Source of the DNA: Thermoanaerobaculia bacterium
GTDB lineage: Bacteria; Acidobacteriota; Thermoanaerobaculia; Multivoradales; JAHEKO01
Reading direction: 5' to 3'
Assembly (NCBI GenBank): GCA_041567315.1
Contig: JBFGCA010000008.1
Location: 2,990-66,989 of the forward strand
DNA length: 64,000 nucleotides
The notes under the pieces were generated by a model. It saw nothing but the letters and a program-made list of their open reading frames with translations. It ran no database searches and was not told the DNA's origin. This document shows positions 42,891 to 52,033 of the stretch, piece by piece. The translations under genes were made by a program, and so were the position numbers. The first letter of the stretch is position 1, and each line of letters begins with the position of its first letter.

Positions 42891-44021
42891 TCAGGCCGCT
42901 TCCGGCCCGGTCGCGGGATGGCGCAGCACCTCGCGCACCATGTAGCCGACCACGGCGAGCCCGGCGATCAGCAGCAGGGCGAAGAGCACGACGTTGCCCC
43001 ACTGGGGCGCGCTCGCCAGCTCGACGCCCGAGGTCACCGGCTCGAGGTAGAGCGCCCGCACCTGCTGGCGGGTGATCGACATGACGGCGATGGTCAGCAG
43101 CATGGCGGCGAGCACGCCGGTAACCGTCCCGGGCTCCTCGACCGGCCGGCGGACCCGCGAGATCATCATCAGCAGACCCAGGCCGAGCACGATGGCGGCG
43201 CCGAGCGGCAGCAAGGTGGCCAAACCGCCCCGCATCAGCCCCAGCAGTACTTCCCGGGGAAGGACGAAGAGCAGCACGAAGCCGTCGGCGACCTGCAGCA
43301 ACGTCGTCCACAGCACCCAGCGCCAGGCCCAGCCGGCGATCTCGCCGTTGAGCTCGGGCTCGCGCCCGGCCCGCGCCTGGCGCACCGCCCACCAGGCGGC
43401 CACCAGGGCGCTGAAGCCGAGCGACGCGAACAGGAAGTGCAGCAGCCGCGGCCAGTAGACGCGGTCGGCCAGGATCGACCACGGGTTGGCCGCCAGCGCC
43501 GCCCATTTGCCGGGCTGGGCGTGGATCAGGTTGACGGCGACGTGGACCATGGCGATCAGCAGGAAGAGCACCGCCGCCAGCGCCAGCCAGCCGGCGCCGC
43601 CCCCTCGGCCGCGCCCCGGGCGGGCGGCCGGGGCGCCGCGGAACTTGTAGGCGTAGGCGGCGTAGTAGCCCACCAGCAGCATCCCCAGGAAGGCCAGCCA
43701 GACCCCGCCGATCAGGATGGTCGCCGAGTAGAAGAACTGCTGGTAGAGGAGCTGGACGAACAGCAGCGGCGCGATGCCGGTGGTGATGGTCAGCGAGATG
43801 CCGTAGGTGTTGATCCCCATGAGCCGCGAGGCCAGGGTCGAGCGGTAGTCCCCCACCCCTCCCGCGCGCGCCTGGGCCACCGCCGCCAGCAGGGTGCCGC
43901 CCAGGGTCAGGTTCATGAAGACGACGTGGAGGAAGAACGTCAGCACCAGCAGCACCTGGAACAGCCAGGGCGGTCCCGGCAGCGGGATCGGGTCGAGGCG
44001 GGGGACGAGATCCGGGCTCAC
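42891..44021 (-). CDS. Polytopic membrane protein, divergent CydA-like second subunit
   Basis: GTG 44021 overlaps the upstream stop; FFLHVVFMN, GIAPLLFVQ, WPRLLHF, R..VR motifs; many TM segments. Confidence 0.7.
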   Translation of the reverse strand: MSPDLVPRLDPIPLPGPPWLFQVLLVLTFFLHVVFMNLTLGGTLLAAVAQARAGGVGDYRSTLASRLMGINTYGISLTITTGIAPLLFVQLLYQQFFYSATILIGGVWLAFLGMLLVGYYAAYAYKFRGAPAARPGRGRGGGAGWLALAAVLFLLIAMVHVAVNLIHAQPGKWAALAANPWSILADRVYWPRLLHFLFASLGFSALVAAWWAVRQARAGREPELNGEIAGWAWRWVLWTTLLQVADGFVLLFVLPREVLLGLMRGGLATLLPLGAAIVLGLGLLMMISRVRRPVEEPGTVTGVLAAMLLTIAVMSITRQQVRALYLEPVTSGVELASAPQWGNVVLFALLLIAGLAVVGYMVREVLRHPATGPEAA

Positions 44022-45364
44022 GGGCCCCCTCCCGCCACCGTCGGCGGCGCCGGCACCGCCAGCGAGGAGAGGTAGCCGGCGAGCGCCGCCAGCTCGTCCT
44101 CGGTGCCGACGAAGGGCGGCATGAACGGGTAGTCGAGCTTGGCCTTGTCGACCGGCTCGCCGGGGACGTACTCCCCGCCCTGTTCCCACAGGGCGTACAG
44201 GTTGGCCTCGATGAAGTCGGGGTCGATCAGCGGCCGGAGGGCCTGATAGCCGTCGAGAGTATGGCAGCTCGCGCACTGGGCGCGGAAGATGGCGCGGCCC
44301 GCGCCCGCCGGGTCCTCGGCGGCGGCGTGCGCCGCCCAGCCGGCTCGCGACAGGATCCCCTCTTCATTGAGCCTGGCGATCTCGCTCACCAGGATGCCGT
44401 TGGAGAACATGTAGTCGTGGATCAGGAACGGCTTGCGGACCCCCTCGCGCAGCCGCTCGTAGCCGCCAAAGAAGGCGAAGCCCGCCACCATCAGCAGCGC
44501 CGCGGTCGGCCGCCGCAGGGCGCGCGGCGCGGCCACCAGCACCAGGAGCCCGAGGCCCAGCACCGCGGTCAGCGCCCAGAGCAGGAAGCTGCGGGTGTCG
44601 GCCAGCGCCGTCAGGCCCGGACGCTCGCCGAGGAAGAGCGCCCGCGTGCTCTCCGGCAGCGCCGCCTCCCACCAGCGGTAGCCGGCGTAGGCCAGCGCCA
44701 CCCCGGCCAGCAGCCAGCCCCCCAGCCAGCGGGCCAGCCGCGGGCGCGCCGCCGGCGACGCCCGGAGGGCCGGAAAGACCATGAAGGAGACGGCCATCAC
44801 CAGCACGATCCCGGTCCGCAGCACCAGGGCGGGCCAGTAGGTGGGGTTGAAGAAGCCGTCCCAGAAGGCCCCGGTCTCGAGCCACCGGCCCGGGGTCAGC
44901 ATGAAGGTGACGATGCCGTTGATCACCACCAGCGACAGGTAGGCGGCCACGAAGTAGATCCAGCCGATCATCACGTGGGTGCGCCGGGCGATGCGGTCCC
45001 AGGTCGCGTAGTAGACCAGCGCCGCCACGATCTCGACGATGAAGAAGGTCCACTCGATGGCCCACCCCCAGACGTAGGTGTGGATCAGCGCCGAGATGGT
45101 GGCCGGCGAGATGAGACCCGCCACCACCCAGATCCCCACCCCGGAGATGGCCCCGAAGACGGTCGACACCAGGATCAGCATCAGCGACGAGCGCTTGGCT
45201 AGCTCGCGCAGCTCGCGGTCGCCGCGGCGGGCGGCCAGGGTCTCGCTGGCGGCGATCACCAGGCCGCCGCCGATCGCGAAGTGGGCGACGATGACGTGGG
45301 TGATGGCCACCATCCCCATCAGCACGCCGCCGCCGATGCCGACGTCGAAGATCGGATAGTCCAT
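44018..45364 (-). CDS. Cytochrome bd subunit I-like protein fused to a C-terminal cytochrome c
   Basis: ITHVIVAHFAIGGG, FGAISGVG, WAIEWTFFIVE, FMLTPG, FFNP, E..RE.VRKPF; CASCH and MPPF. Confidence 0.82.
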   Translation of the reverse strand: MDYPIFDVGIGGGVLMGMVAITHVIVAHFAIGGGLVIAASETLAARRGDRELRELAKRSSLMLILVSTVFGAISGVGIWVVAGLISPATISALIHTYVWGWAIEWTFFIVEIVAALVYYATWDRIARRTHVMIGWIYFVAAYLSLVVINGIVTFMLTPGRWLETGAFWDGFFNPTYWPALVLRTGIVLVMAVSFMVFPALRASPAARPRLARWLGGWLLAGVALAYAGYRWWEAALPESTRALFLGERPGLTALADTRSFLLWALTAVLGLGLLVLVAAPRALRRPTAALLMVAGFAFFGGYERLREGVRKPFLIHDYMFSNGILVSEIARLNEEGILSRAGWAAHAAAEDPAGAGRAIFRAQCASCHTLDGYQALRPLIDPDFIEANLYALWEQGGEYVPGEPVDKAKLDYPFMPPFVGTEDELAALAGYLSSLAVPAPPTVAGGGP

Positions 45365-45394
45365 GGCGAGGGGCCGGGAAGGCGCCCGGCGCGG

Positions 45395-46153
45395 CTAGGC
45401 GGCCGGGCGGAGCGACCGGATCATGGCGCGGAACGCCTCTTTCTGCGGCCGCACGGTGGCTTCCGGTCCGGTGAGCTTGAAAAACCAGTTGGCATCGAGG
45501 CCGGCGGCGATGGCGCCCAGCAGCATGTAGCCGGTGCGCTCCGGCTGGGGCGCGCCGGTCATCGTCATGCCGCCGCCGTAGGTGCCGGTGACCTCGGCCA
45601 GCAGGACGTCGACGCCCGCGACCTCGAGCCGCTCGGTCTCGAGGACCTCCCGCGACGAGCCGCCACCGGGTTGGAGGAACTCGTCGGCCCAGCGCCGGGC
45701 GTTGGCCTCGGCGTCGCCGCCCTGCCCGGGGCCGAAGTAGAAGACCACGCACTCGCCGTCGCCGCCCGGCCCGGGGATCCGGTACTGCGCGCGGCGCATC
45801 GCCGAGGACGGCGTCTCCTCGATCCAGCCGGCGGGCGCCTCCCAGGTCAGGCCGGCGGTCCCGGTGCCGCTGCCCGGCGGCGGTGGCGCGATCCGGCCCT
45901 CGGGCGTGGCCGGCGTGAGCGGCGGGTGGCCGGGCGGCAGACCGGCGTCGGTCGCCGGCCCGGGCTCCGCGGCCGCCGGCGGGGCGGCGTCGGTCGATGG
46001 CGCGCCGTCCCCGCCGCAGGCCGCCAGCAGCAGGGTCGGCACCAGCAGCGCGGCGGCGATCCCGGCCCGCCGGACGTGCCTCGTCGTCTTGTGGCGCTTT
46101 TCGGTCACCTGTGGAGTTCGGCAGCCTGCCGCGGGCGCGGGCCGCGGGCTCAT
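45395..46153 (-). CDS. Lipoprotein of unknown function with LPPGHPP motif
   Basis: Lipobox LAAC; LPPGHPP; W..P.GW....SSAMR; ANARRW; WFFKLTGP. ATGA overlap with the upstream gene (alternative GTG 46108). Confidence 0.72.
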   Translation of the reverse strand: MSPRPAPAAGCRTPQVTEKRHKTTRHVRRAGIAAALLVPTLLLAACGGDGAPSTDAAPPAAAEPGPATDAGLPPGHPPLTPATPEGRIAPPPPGSGTGTAGLTWEAPAGWIEETPSSAMRRAQYRIPGPGGDGECVVFYFGPGQGGDAEANARRWADEFLQPGGGSSREVLETERLEVAGVDVLLAEVTGTYGGGMTMTGAPQPERTGYMLLGAIAAGLDANWFFKLTGPEATVRPQKEAFRAMIRSLRPAA

Positions 46154-47325
46154 TGTACCGCCGGAGCCGCCGAGCGCTGGAGGTAGGCCAGCAGGTCCCG
46201 CAGGTCGTCGCCGCTCAGCTCCGGCCACGGCTTGCCCTCGCCCAGGATCGCCTCCTTCATGAACGGGGCGTGGCTCCACATCGCCGCCACGAAGGCCGCC
46301 GGCGAGTCGGCCGCACCGGTCTCCACCAGATCTGGGCCGGCGTGGGAGGCGGTGTCGACCGCCTCGTGGCACTCGGCACAGGAGCGCACGGCGAAGACCG
46401 CCTCGCCGCGGGCCGCGTCGCCGGGCGGGTCGCCGAACGGCAGGAAGTAGAGGAAGGCGATCAGGTCGGCCAGCTCGGGGGTGGTGAAGCGCGGCCAGCC
46501 GAGCCCCCGCTGCCGCATCAGGTCGTTCATCTCGGCGGCGTGGTTCCACATCAACCCGGCGATGGTCTCGGCCGGCTGGTGGAGGTCGCTCCGGGTCAGG
46601 TCGGGACCGCCGCCGGCGCTGCCGTCGGCCTCAGGGCCGTGGCACAGCGCGCAGCCGCGAGTCCGGAACAGCTCGCCCCCCCGGTTGGGATTGCCGGGCG
46701 CCAGCAGCATGGTCTCCTGCGGTCCGGCCTGCGCCGTCTGCCGGATGTAGGCCGCGAGATCGGCCAGATCCCCCTCGCCGAAGCTCGGCCGCCGCATGCC
46801 GGCGGCGCGCATGGTCTCGAACATGGCCGGGCCGTGGTTCCAGATCGCCTGGGCGATGAACAGCGGCGACGCGAAACGGTCGAGGCCACCCAGGTCGGGC
46901 CCGCGGCCGGCCCGCCCCACACCGTGGCACTCGCCGCAGCCCTTCGAGCGGTAGACCACACGACCCCGGGTCGCGTCGCCCGGACGTCCGAGGTAGTCGA
47001 TGAAGTAGAGGAACGCGGTCAGCTCGGCGGCCTCGCGCTCGGTCAGCGCCGGCCAGCCCAGCTCGGCTTCCTCAAGGCTGACGCTCATCCCCGGCACGTG
47101 GTTCCAGAGCGCGGCGCCGAGATCGAGGAAGCTGCCCGAGAAGGCGCCGCGACCGAGATCGGGGCCGACGCTCGGGGTGGCGCCGGTGATGCCGTGGCAG
47201 AGCACGCAGCTCCTGCTCTCGAAGAGCAGACGACCATGGAGCGGGTTGTCGGGCAGCGGCGGACCCTGGCGGCCCGCCCCGACCAGCGCCGCCGCGCACG
47301 CCAGCACCGCCAGCCGCGCCCTCAT
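46150..47325 (-). CDS. Tetraheme cytochrome c built from four class-I-like repeats
   Basis: CVLCH, CGECH, CALCH and CAECH, each followed by GPDL...W(N/S)H..xM; ATG 47325. Confidence 0.88.
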   Translation of the reverse strand: MRARLAVLACAAALVGAGRQGPPLPDNPLHGRLLFESRSCVLCHGITGATPSVGPDLGRGAFSGSFLDLGAALWNHVPGMSVSLEEAELGWPALTEREAAELTAFLYFIDYLGRPGDATRGRVVYRSKGCGECHGVGRAGRGPDLGGLDRFASPLFIAQAIWNHGPAMFETMRAAGMRRPSFGEGDLADLAAYIRQTAQAGPQETMLLAPGNPNRGGELFRTRGCALCHGPEADGSAGGGPDLTRSDLHQPAETIAGLMWNHAAEMNDLMRQRGLGWPRFTTPELADLIAFLYFLPFGDPPGDAARGEAVFAVRSCAECHEAVDTASHAGPDLVETGAADSPAAFVAAMWSHAPFMKEAILGEGKPWPELSGDDLRDLLAYLQRSAAPAVQ

Positions 47326-47594
47326 TCCGCACCCCCCTCCGCCCCGTCCGCCAGCTCCTCGGCGCCGCGGCGCAGTCCCAGGAAGACGTAGGTCAGGACC
47401 GCGGCCCCGGTCAGGAAGACCGGGATGGCGACGATCGAGATGGCGACCGAGGCCGACGGCACGTCGTGGAGCCGGTGCGACAGACGCAGCAGATGGACGA
47501 TCCAGTAGCTGATGCCCAGCACGAAGACCCAGATCAGCGATACCGAGGCCACCTGCAGTAGCGAGATCCACCGGGGGGTCGAGGTCCGTTTCAC
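47322..47594 (-). CDS. Small two-TM membrane protein
   Basis: Two hydrophobic stretches; tightly packed between the NrfD-like and cytochrome genes. Confidence 0.72.
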   Translation of the reverse strand: MKRTSTPRWISLLQVASVSLIWVFVLGISYWIVHLLRLSHRLHDVPSASVAISIVAIPVFLTGAAVLTYVFLGLRRGAEELADGAEGGAE

Positions 47595-47595
47595 G

Positions 47596-48945
47596 TCAGC
47601 CTCCGTCGGCCGCCGGGGCAGGGTCGGGCAGGTAGCTCTCCACCCGCTCGACGGTCTCCGGCACCGCCTCCTCCAGCCCCTCCCTCAGCTCCCAGACCGA
47701 GATCAGGGGGAAGAAGCGGGCGAAGAGCACGAACCCCAGGATAAAGGTGGCGATGCCGCCGGCGAACATCCCCCACTCGACCAGGCTGGGCACGTAGAAG
47801 CCGCTCGGCAGGGCCAGCCGCGGATTGGCCAGCGACGGCACCACGATGTTCAGCCGCTCGAGCCACATGCCCACAACCACCGCCGTCGAGGCGATGAAGA
47901 TCCCCGGCACCCGCCGCGTGCGGCGGAAGCTCAAGATCGCCACCGGGATCAGGAAGTTGCACGCCACCATCCCCCAGAAGGGCAAGGCGTAGGGTCCGGT
48001 GAGTTTGTAGAAGAAGACCCGCATCTCGGACGGCTCGTTGCCGAAGAACGCCGTCAGATATTCCGAGAAGGTGAAGTAGAACCACAGCAGCGACATGATG
48101 AGCAGCAGCTTCGCCAGGTGGGAGAAATGGATCTCCTTGAGATAGCGCTCCAGGTGGAAGACCCGGCGGAGGATGATCATCACCATCAACAGCGCCGCGA
48201 TCCCCGAGAAGATCGCCCCGACCACGAAGTAGGGCCCGAAGATGGTCGAGTGCCAGCCGGGCTGCAGGGTCATGGCGAAGATGTAGGAAATGACCGTGTG
48301 GACCGAAACCGCGATCGGAATGACCAGCACCATCATCACGTTGACCGCCCGGTCGAGCACCTTGCGCTGGCGCGGGGTCCCCTGCCAGCCCCAGGCGAGA
48401 AAGGCGTAGAGCCAGCGCGGCCGCGCCCCGCGGTCGCGCAGCAGCGCGATGTCGGGGATCATCGGGATGTAGAGGTAGACCGTCGAGGCCATGAAGTAGG
48501 CGGTGATCGAGCTGACGTCCCACAGGAGCGGCGACTGCAGCCGCCCGGCCGAGAAGATGTTGAGCATGCGGTCGGGCCGCCCGAGGTCGAGCACCGGGTG
48601 GAAGCCGCCGATCGCCAGCACCACGACGGTGATGACCTCCGCCATGCGGGTGATCGGCCGCCGCCACTCGGCGTGGGAGAGCCGCAGGATGGCCGAGATC
48701 AGGGTGCCGGCGTGGCTGATGCCGATGAAGAAGACGAAGTTGACGATGTAGAAACCCCAGGCCACCGGCTGGTTGAGCCCGGTGACGCCGAGGCCGTAGA
48801 GGATCTGGCGGCCGAACAGCACCCAGGCCGAGAGGATCACCAGCCCCAACAGGGTGGTCGCCACCCGGAACCCCAGGCCGGGCTCCTCCACCGAGCGCAG
48901 CAGGTCGCCGACGTCCAGCTCGGCCGCGGTCCGCTTCCGGCTCAT
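47596..48945 (-). CDS. NrfD/PsrC-family quinol-interacting membrane subunit (ActC/QrcD-like)
   Basis: WGFYIVNFVFFIGISHAGTLISAIL, RPITRMAE, DLGRP, SPLLWD, SVHTVIS, GWHSTIFGPYFV.GAIFSG. Confidence 0.92.
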   Translation of the reverse strand: MSRKRTAAELDVGDLLRSVEEPGLGFRVATTLLGLVILSAWVLFGRQILYGLGVTGLNQPVAWGFYIVNFVFFIGISHAGTLISAILRLSHAEWRRPITRMAEVITVVVLAIGGFHPVLDLGRPDRMLNIFSAGRLQSPLLWDVSSITAYFMASTVYLYIPMIPDIALLRDRGARPRWLYAFLAWGWQGTPRQRKVLDRAVNVMMVLVIPIAVSVHTVISYIFAMTLQPGWHSTIFGPYFVVGAIFSGIAALLMVMIILRRVFHLERYLKEIHFSHLAKLLLIMSLLWFYFTFSEYLTAFFGNEPSEMRVFFYKLTGPYALPFWGMVACNFLIPVAILSFRRTRRVPGIFIASTAVVVGMWLERLNIVVPSLANPRLALPSGFYVPSLVEWGMFAGGIATFILGFVLFARFFPLISVWELREGLEEAVPETVERVESYLPDPAPAADGG

Positions 48946-49625
48946 TCCTTCTCCGCCAGATAGATCACCTTGGGCCGGGTGCCGAGGTCTTCGTGGGGCC
49001 GGTAGGCGCGCGGGCTGCGCGCCAGCTCGCTCACCCGGCTGTGCGGATCGTCGAGATCGCCGAACTCGATCGCCCGGGCCGGACAGCTCTCGGCGCAGGC
49101 GGTGGTGACCTCGCCGTCGCGGATCTCGCGGTCCTCGAAGCGCGCCTGCTCGCGGGCGTGGTTGATCCGGTGGTGGCAGAAGGTGCACTTCTCCACCACC
49201 CCCTTGGGCCGCAGCGAGACGTCGGGGTTGGCCTTCTTGCGCAGCTCCCCCGGCCACTCGGGCTCGAACCAGTTGAACACCTTGGCGTTGTAGGGGCAGG
49301 CGGCCATGCAGTAGCGGCAGCCGATGCAGCGCGAGTAGACCTGGCCGACGATCCCCTCGTCGCTCAGATAAGTGGCGTGCACGGGGCAGACCCGGACGCA
49401 CGGCGGGTTGTCGCACTGCACGCACAGCACCGGCTTGTAGCGCACCTCGGCGTGGGTGGCGGTGCCCGACACCTCGCGCAGCAGGCGGATCCAGTGGAAG
49501 GCGCGGCTCTCCCTGGTCTGCTCCCGTCCGACCGCGGTCAGGTTGTTCTCCTGATGGCAGGCGGCCATGCAGTTGCCGCAGCCGGTGCAGCGGTCGAGGT
49601 CGATGGTCATGCCCCAGCGGGCCAT
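48942..49625 (-). CDS. 4Fe-4S ferredoxin subunit (NrfC/DmsB/QrcC-like)
   Basis: CTGCGNCMAAC, CVQCDNPPCVRVCP, CIGCRYCMAACPY, KCTFC, ACAESCP; ATG 49625. Confidence 0.93.
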   Translation of the reverse strand: MARWGMTIDLDRCTGCGNCMAACHQENNLTAVGREQTRESRAFHWIRLLREVSGTATHAEVRYKPVLCVQCDNPPCVRVCPVHATYLSDEGIVGQVYSRCIGCRYCMAACPYNAKVFNWFEPEWPGELRKKANPDVSLRPKGVVEKCTFCHHRINHAREQARFEDREIRDGEVTTACAESCPARAIEFGDLDDPHSRVSELARSPRAYRPHEDLGTRPKVIYLAEKE

Positions 49626-52024
49626 CAGCCGTGCCCTCCGGCCAGCGGCCGCGGTCCGCCCCGCCGCCGGCGCTCGACCAGCCGCACCCTCACCGGGGTG
49701 CCGCCGGTCGCCAGCCGGCCGGAGATCGGGTCGGAGCCCGCTGCAGCCAGGGCCACCGGGTTGGCGCCGACCCCGTCGGCGGCGCCGCCGGGCTGGCGCC
49801 GGCCGAGCCCGAGCGGCACGTGAACTGCGCCGGGCGTGGCGCCCGGCTCGATGGAGACCACGGCCTCGAGCCGACCGCGCGTCGACTCCAGCTCGACCCG
49901 GTCGCCCTCGTGGAGGCCCAGTTCGTGCGCCGTCTCCGGCGCCAGCTCGGCCCAGGTCTGCCACCCGGACAGCACCACGTGGCCGTACATCTCGAGCACC
50001 ATCGGCGAGCTGACCCCCAGGGTCCCGCGGCCGGTGATCGGGCGGAACGGGACCAGCGTCAGCTCTCCCGGCGCCGTCGCCGGCGGTGGCTCGAAGTGCG
50101 GCAGGAAGGCCTCGTCGCCGGCCGGCGTCGCCGCCGCGTCCGCCCCGGCGCGCTCGCCCAGCCGGCGCTCCAGCTCGAGCGAGAAGAACTCGAAGCGGCC
50201 GCTGCGGGTGGGGAACAGGCGCTCCCAGTCGCCGCCCGCGCGCACCGGGTTCCACCAGCCGCCCTCGGTGGTCAGATCGCTCCAGAAGGCGTCGCGGTCG
50301 CCGCGCTCGAGGAACCGCCAGCCGCGCTCCTCGAGGAAGTGCACCCAGGTCTCCTCGAACGAGCCCGAGATCACCGACCCCTGACCCGACACCAGCAGCC
50401 CCTCCAGCCGCTGCTCGAGATAGCCCCGGTAGTCCTTCCAGGGCAGCGCCGCCGCGGCCGGCCCGCCGGCGCGGCGCGCCAGCTCGAGCAGCACGTCGCC
50501 CGGGTGGCGGCTGTCGAAGAGCGGCTCCACGACCGGACGGGTGACCCCCAGTACGCTGAAAGCGACGCCGGGCGGGGTGGTCGACTCCTGCCAGGTCTCG
50601 AAGAACAGCGGAGTCGGCAGCACCAGGTCGGCGCAGGCGGCGGTCTCGTCCAGGAACGGGCTGCAGGCCACCACCAGGGGAACGCCGCGCAGGGCCGCGG
50701 CCAGCTCGTCGCCGGCCGGGCTGTCGTGGACCGGGTTGGCCCCGACCAGGAAGACCACCTCGAGGTCCCTGGCGGCCGCCAGGGCGGCGATCGGATCGCT
50801 TCCCGGCGCCGCTCCGGCTCCGTTCGGCGCGAAGATGCCCGGGCCGGCCGGTTCCGGCAGCGGCGCCAGCGGCGTGAACGGGATCGGCGGCGGCAGCACC
50901 ACCCCGCCCGGCCGGTCGAAGGCGCCGAGCAGCGCGTTGAGGGCGTGGACGGCGAGACCGGTCGAGGCGGCGTTCGGCCCGGTGGCCGCCTCGCCACCCC
51001 ACACCACCACCGGTGACGCGGCCCGCGCCAGCCGCCGCGCGGCGCGGATGATCTGCCCGGCATCGCAGCCGCTCAACTGCGCCGCCCGATCGGGGTAGTA
51101 GCGCTCCAGCAGCAGCCGGCGGAAGCCCAGCCGCGGCCGGCCGGCGTCGTCGGTCCAGTCTTCGAAGCCGAAGGTGTGCTCGCTGACGAAGCGGCGGTCG
51201 TAGCGCCCCTCCCTGACCAGCACGTGGGCGATGCCCAGGGCTACCGCGGCGTGCGTCCCGGGCCGCACCGCCAGGTGCTCGTCGGCCTTGGTGGCGGTGG
51301 GCGACAGCCGCGAGCCGACGTGGATCAGCCGGCCGCGCTCGGCCCGGGCTCGCCAGCCCACCATGGCGGAGACCACGTGGATCGGCGCCGCCCCGTCCTC
51401 GAACAGGTCGAGGCCCACCGACAGCACCAGGTCGCTGTGAGCGAGGTCGAAGCCGGGCACCCGGTCCAGGCCCTGCGACAGCAGATAGGGCAGCGCCGCC
51501 GCCTCCTCGGGCCGCGCCACGTTGGGCGAGCCGAGGGCGTGGACGAAGCGCGTGGCCAGCTCGTCGAAAAGCCGGCCCGGCTCACCGCTCAGCAGGGCCA
51601 CCCGGCGCCCTTGGCCGCCGGCGACCAGCGAGGCCACTCGATCGGCGATCTCGCCCAGCGCCTCCTCCCAGCCCACCGCCTCGAAGTCGCCGTCGGCCCG
51701 ACGCCGCCGCGGGCCCTGCAACCGGTCGGGGGCGTAGAGCACCTCGAGTCCCGCCTGTCCCACCGGACACAGGCCGCCCCGGTTCAGGGGATGCCGCGGG
51801 TTGCCCTTGAGCCCGACCGGCAGACCGTCGACCAGCCGCACCGTGAGCCCGCACCCGCCCTCGCAGAGACCGCACAGGGTGTGGTGGTGGCTCTCGATCC
51901 CCGGGCCGCGCAGGGCGGCCTCCACCAGCCGGTCGGGCACCAGGAAGCGACCGCACCCGCCCAGCGCCGCGGCGCCGGCGGCGCCCCCCAGCAGTTTCAG
52001 GAATTCGCGGCGCTCGAGGATCAC
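49625..52024 (-). CDS. Tat-exported molybdopterin-oxidoreductase-fold subunit (QrcB/ActB-like)
   Basis: RREFLK plus LGGC lipobox; CGLCEGGC...LCPVG Fe-S motif; PDRL..P; ADLVLP...E; C-terminal molydopterin-binding-like domain. Confidence 0.88.
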   Translation of the reverse strand: MILERREFLKLLGGAAGAAALGGCGRFLVPDRLVEAALRGPGIESHHHTLCGLCEGGCGLTVRLVDGLPVGLKGNPRHPLNRGGLCPVGQAGLEVLYAPDRLQGPRRRRADGDFEAVGWEEALGEIADRVASLVAGGQGRRVALLSGEPGRLFDELATRFVHALGSPNVARPEEAAALPYLLSQGLDRVPGFDLAHSDLVLSVGLDLFEDGAAPIHVVSAMVGWRARAERGRLIHVGSRLSPTATKADEHLAVRPGTHAAVALGIAHVLVREGRYDRRFVSEHTFGFEDWTDDAGRPRLGFRRLLLERYYPDRAAQLSGCDAGQIIRAARRLARAASPVVVWGGEAATGPNAASTGLAVHALNALLGAFDRPGGVVLPPPIPFTPLAPLPEPAGPGIFAPNGAGAAPGSDPIAALAAARDLEVVFLVGANPVHDSPAGDELAAALRGVPLVVACSPFLDETAACADLVLPTPLFFETWQESTTPPGVAFSVLGVTRPVVEPLFDSRHPGDVLLELARRAGGPAAAALPWKDYRGYLEQRLEGLLVSGQGSVISGSFEETWVHFLEERGWRFLERGDRDAFWSDLTTEGGWWNPVRAGGDWERLFPTRSGRFEFFSLELERRLGERAGADAAATPAGDEAFLPHFEPPPATAPGELTLVPFRPITGRGTLGVSSPMVLEMYGHVVLSGWQTWAELAPETAHELGLHEGDRVELESTRGRLEAVVSIEPGATPGAVHVPLGLGRRQPGGAADGVGANPVALAAAGSDPISGRLATGGTPVRVRLVERRRRGGPRPLAGGHG

Positions 52025-52033
52025 CGGGACTCC

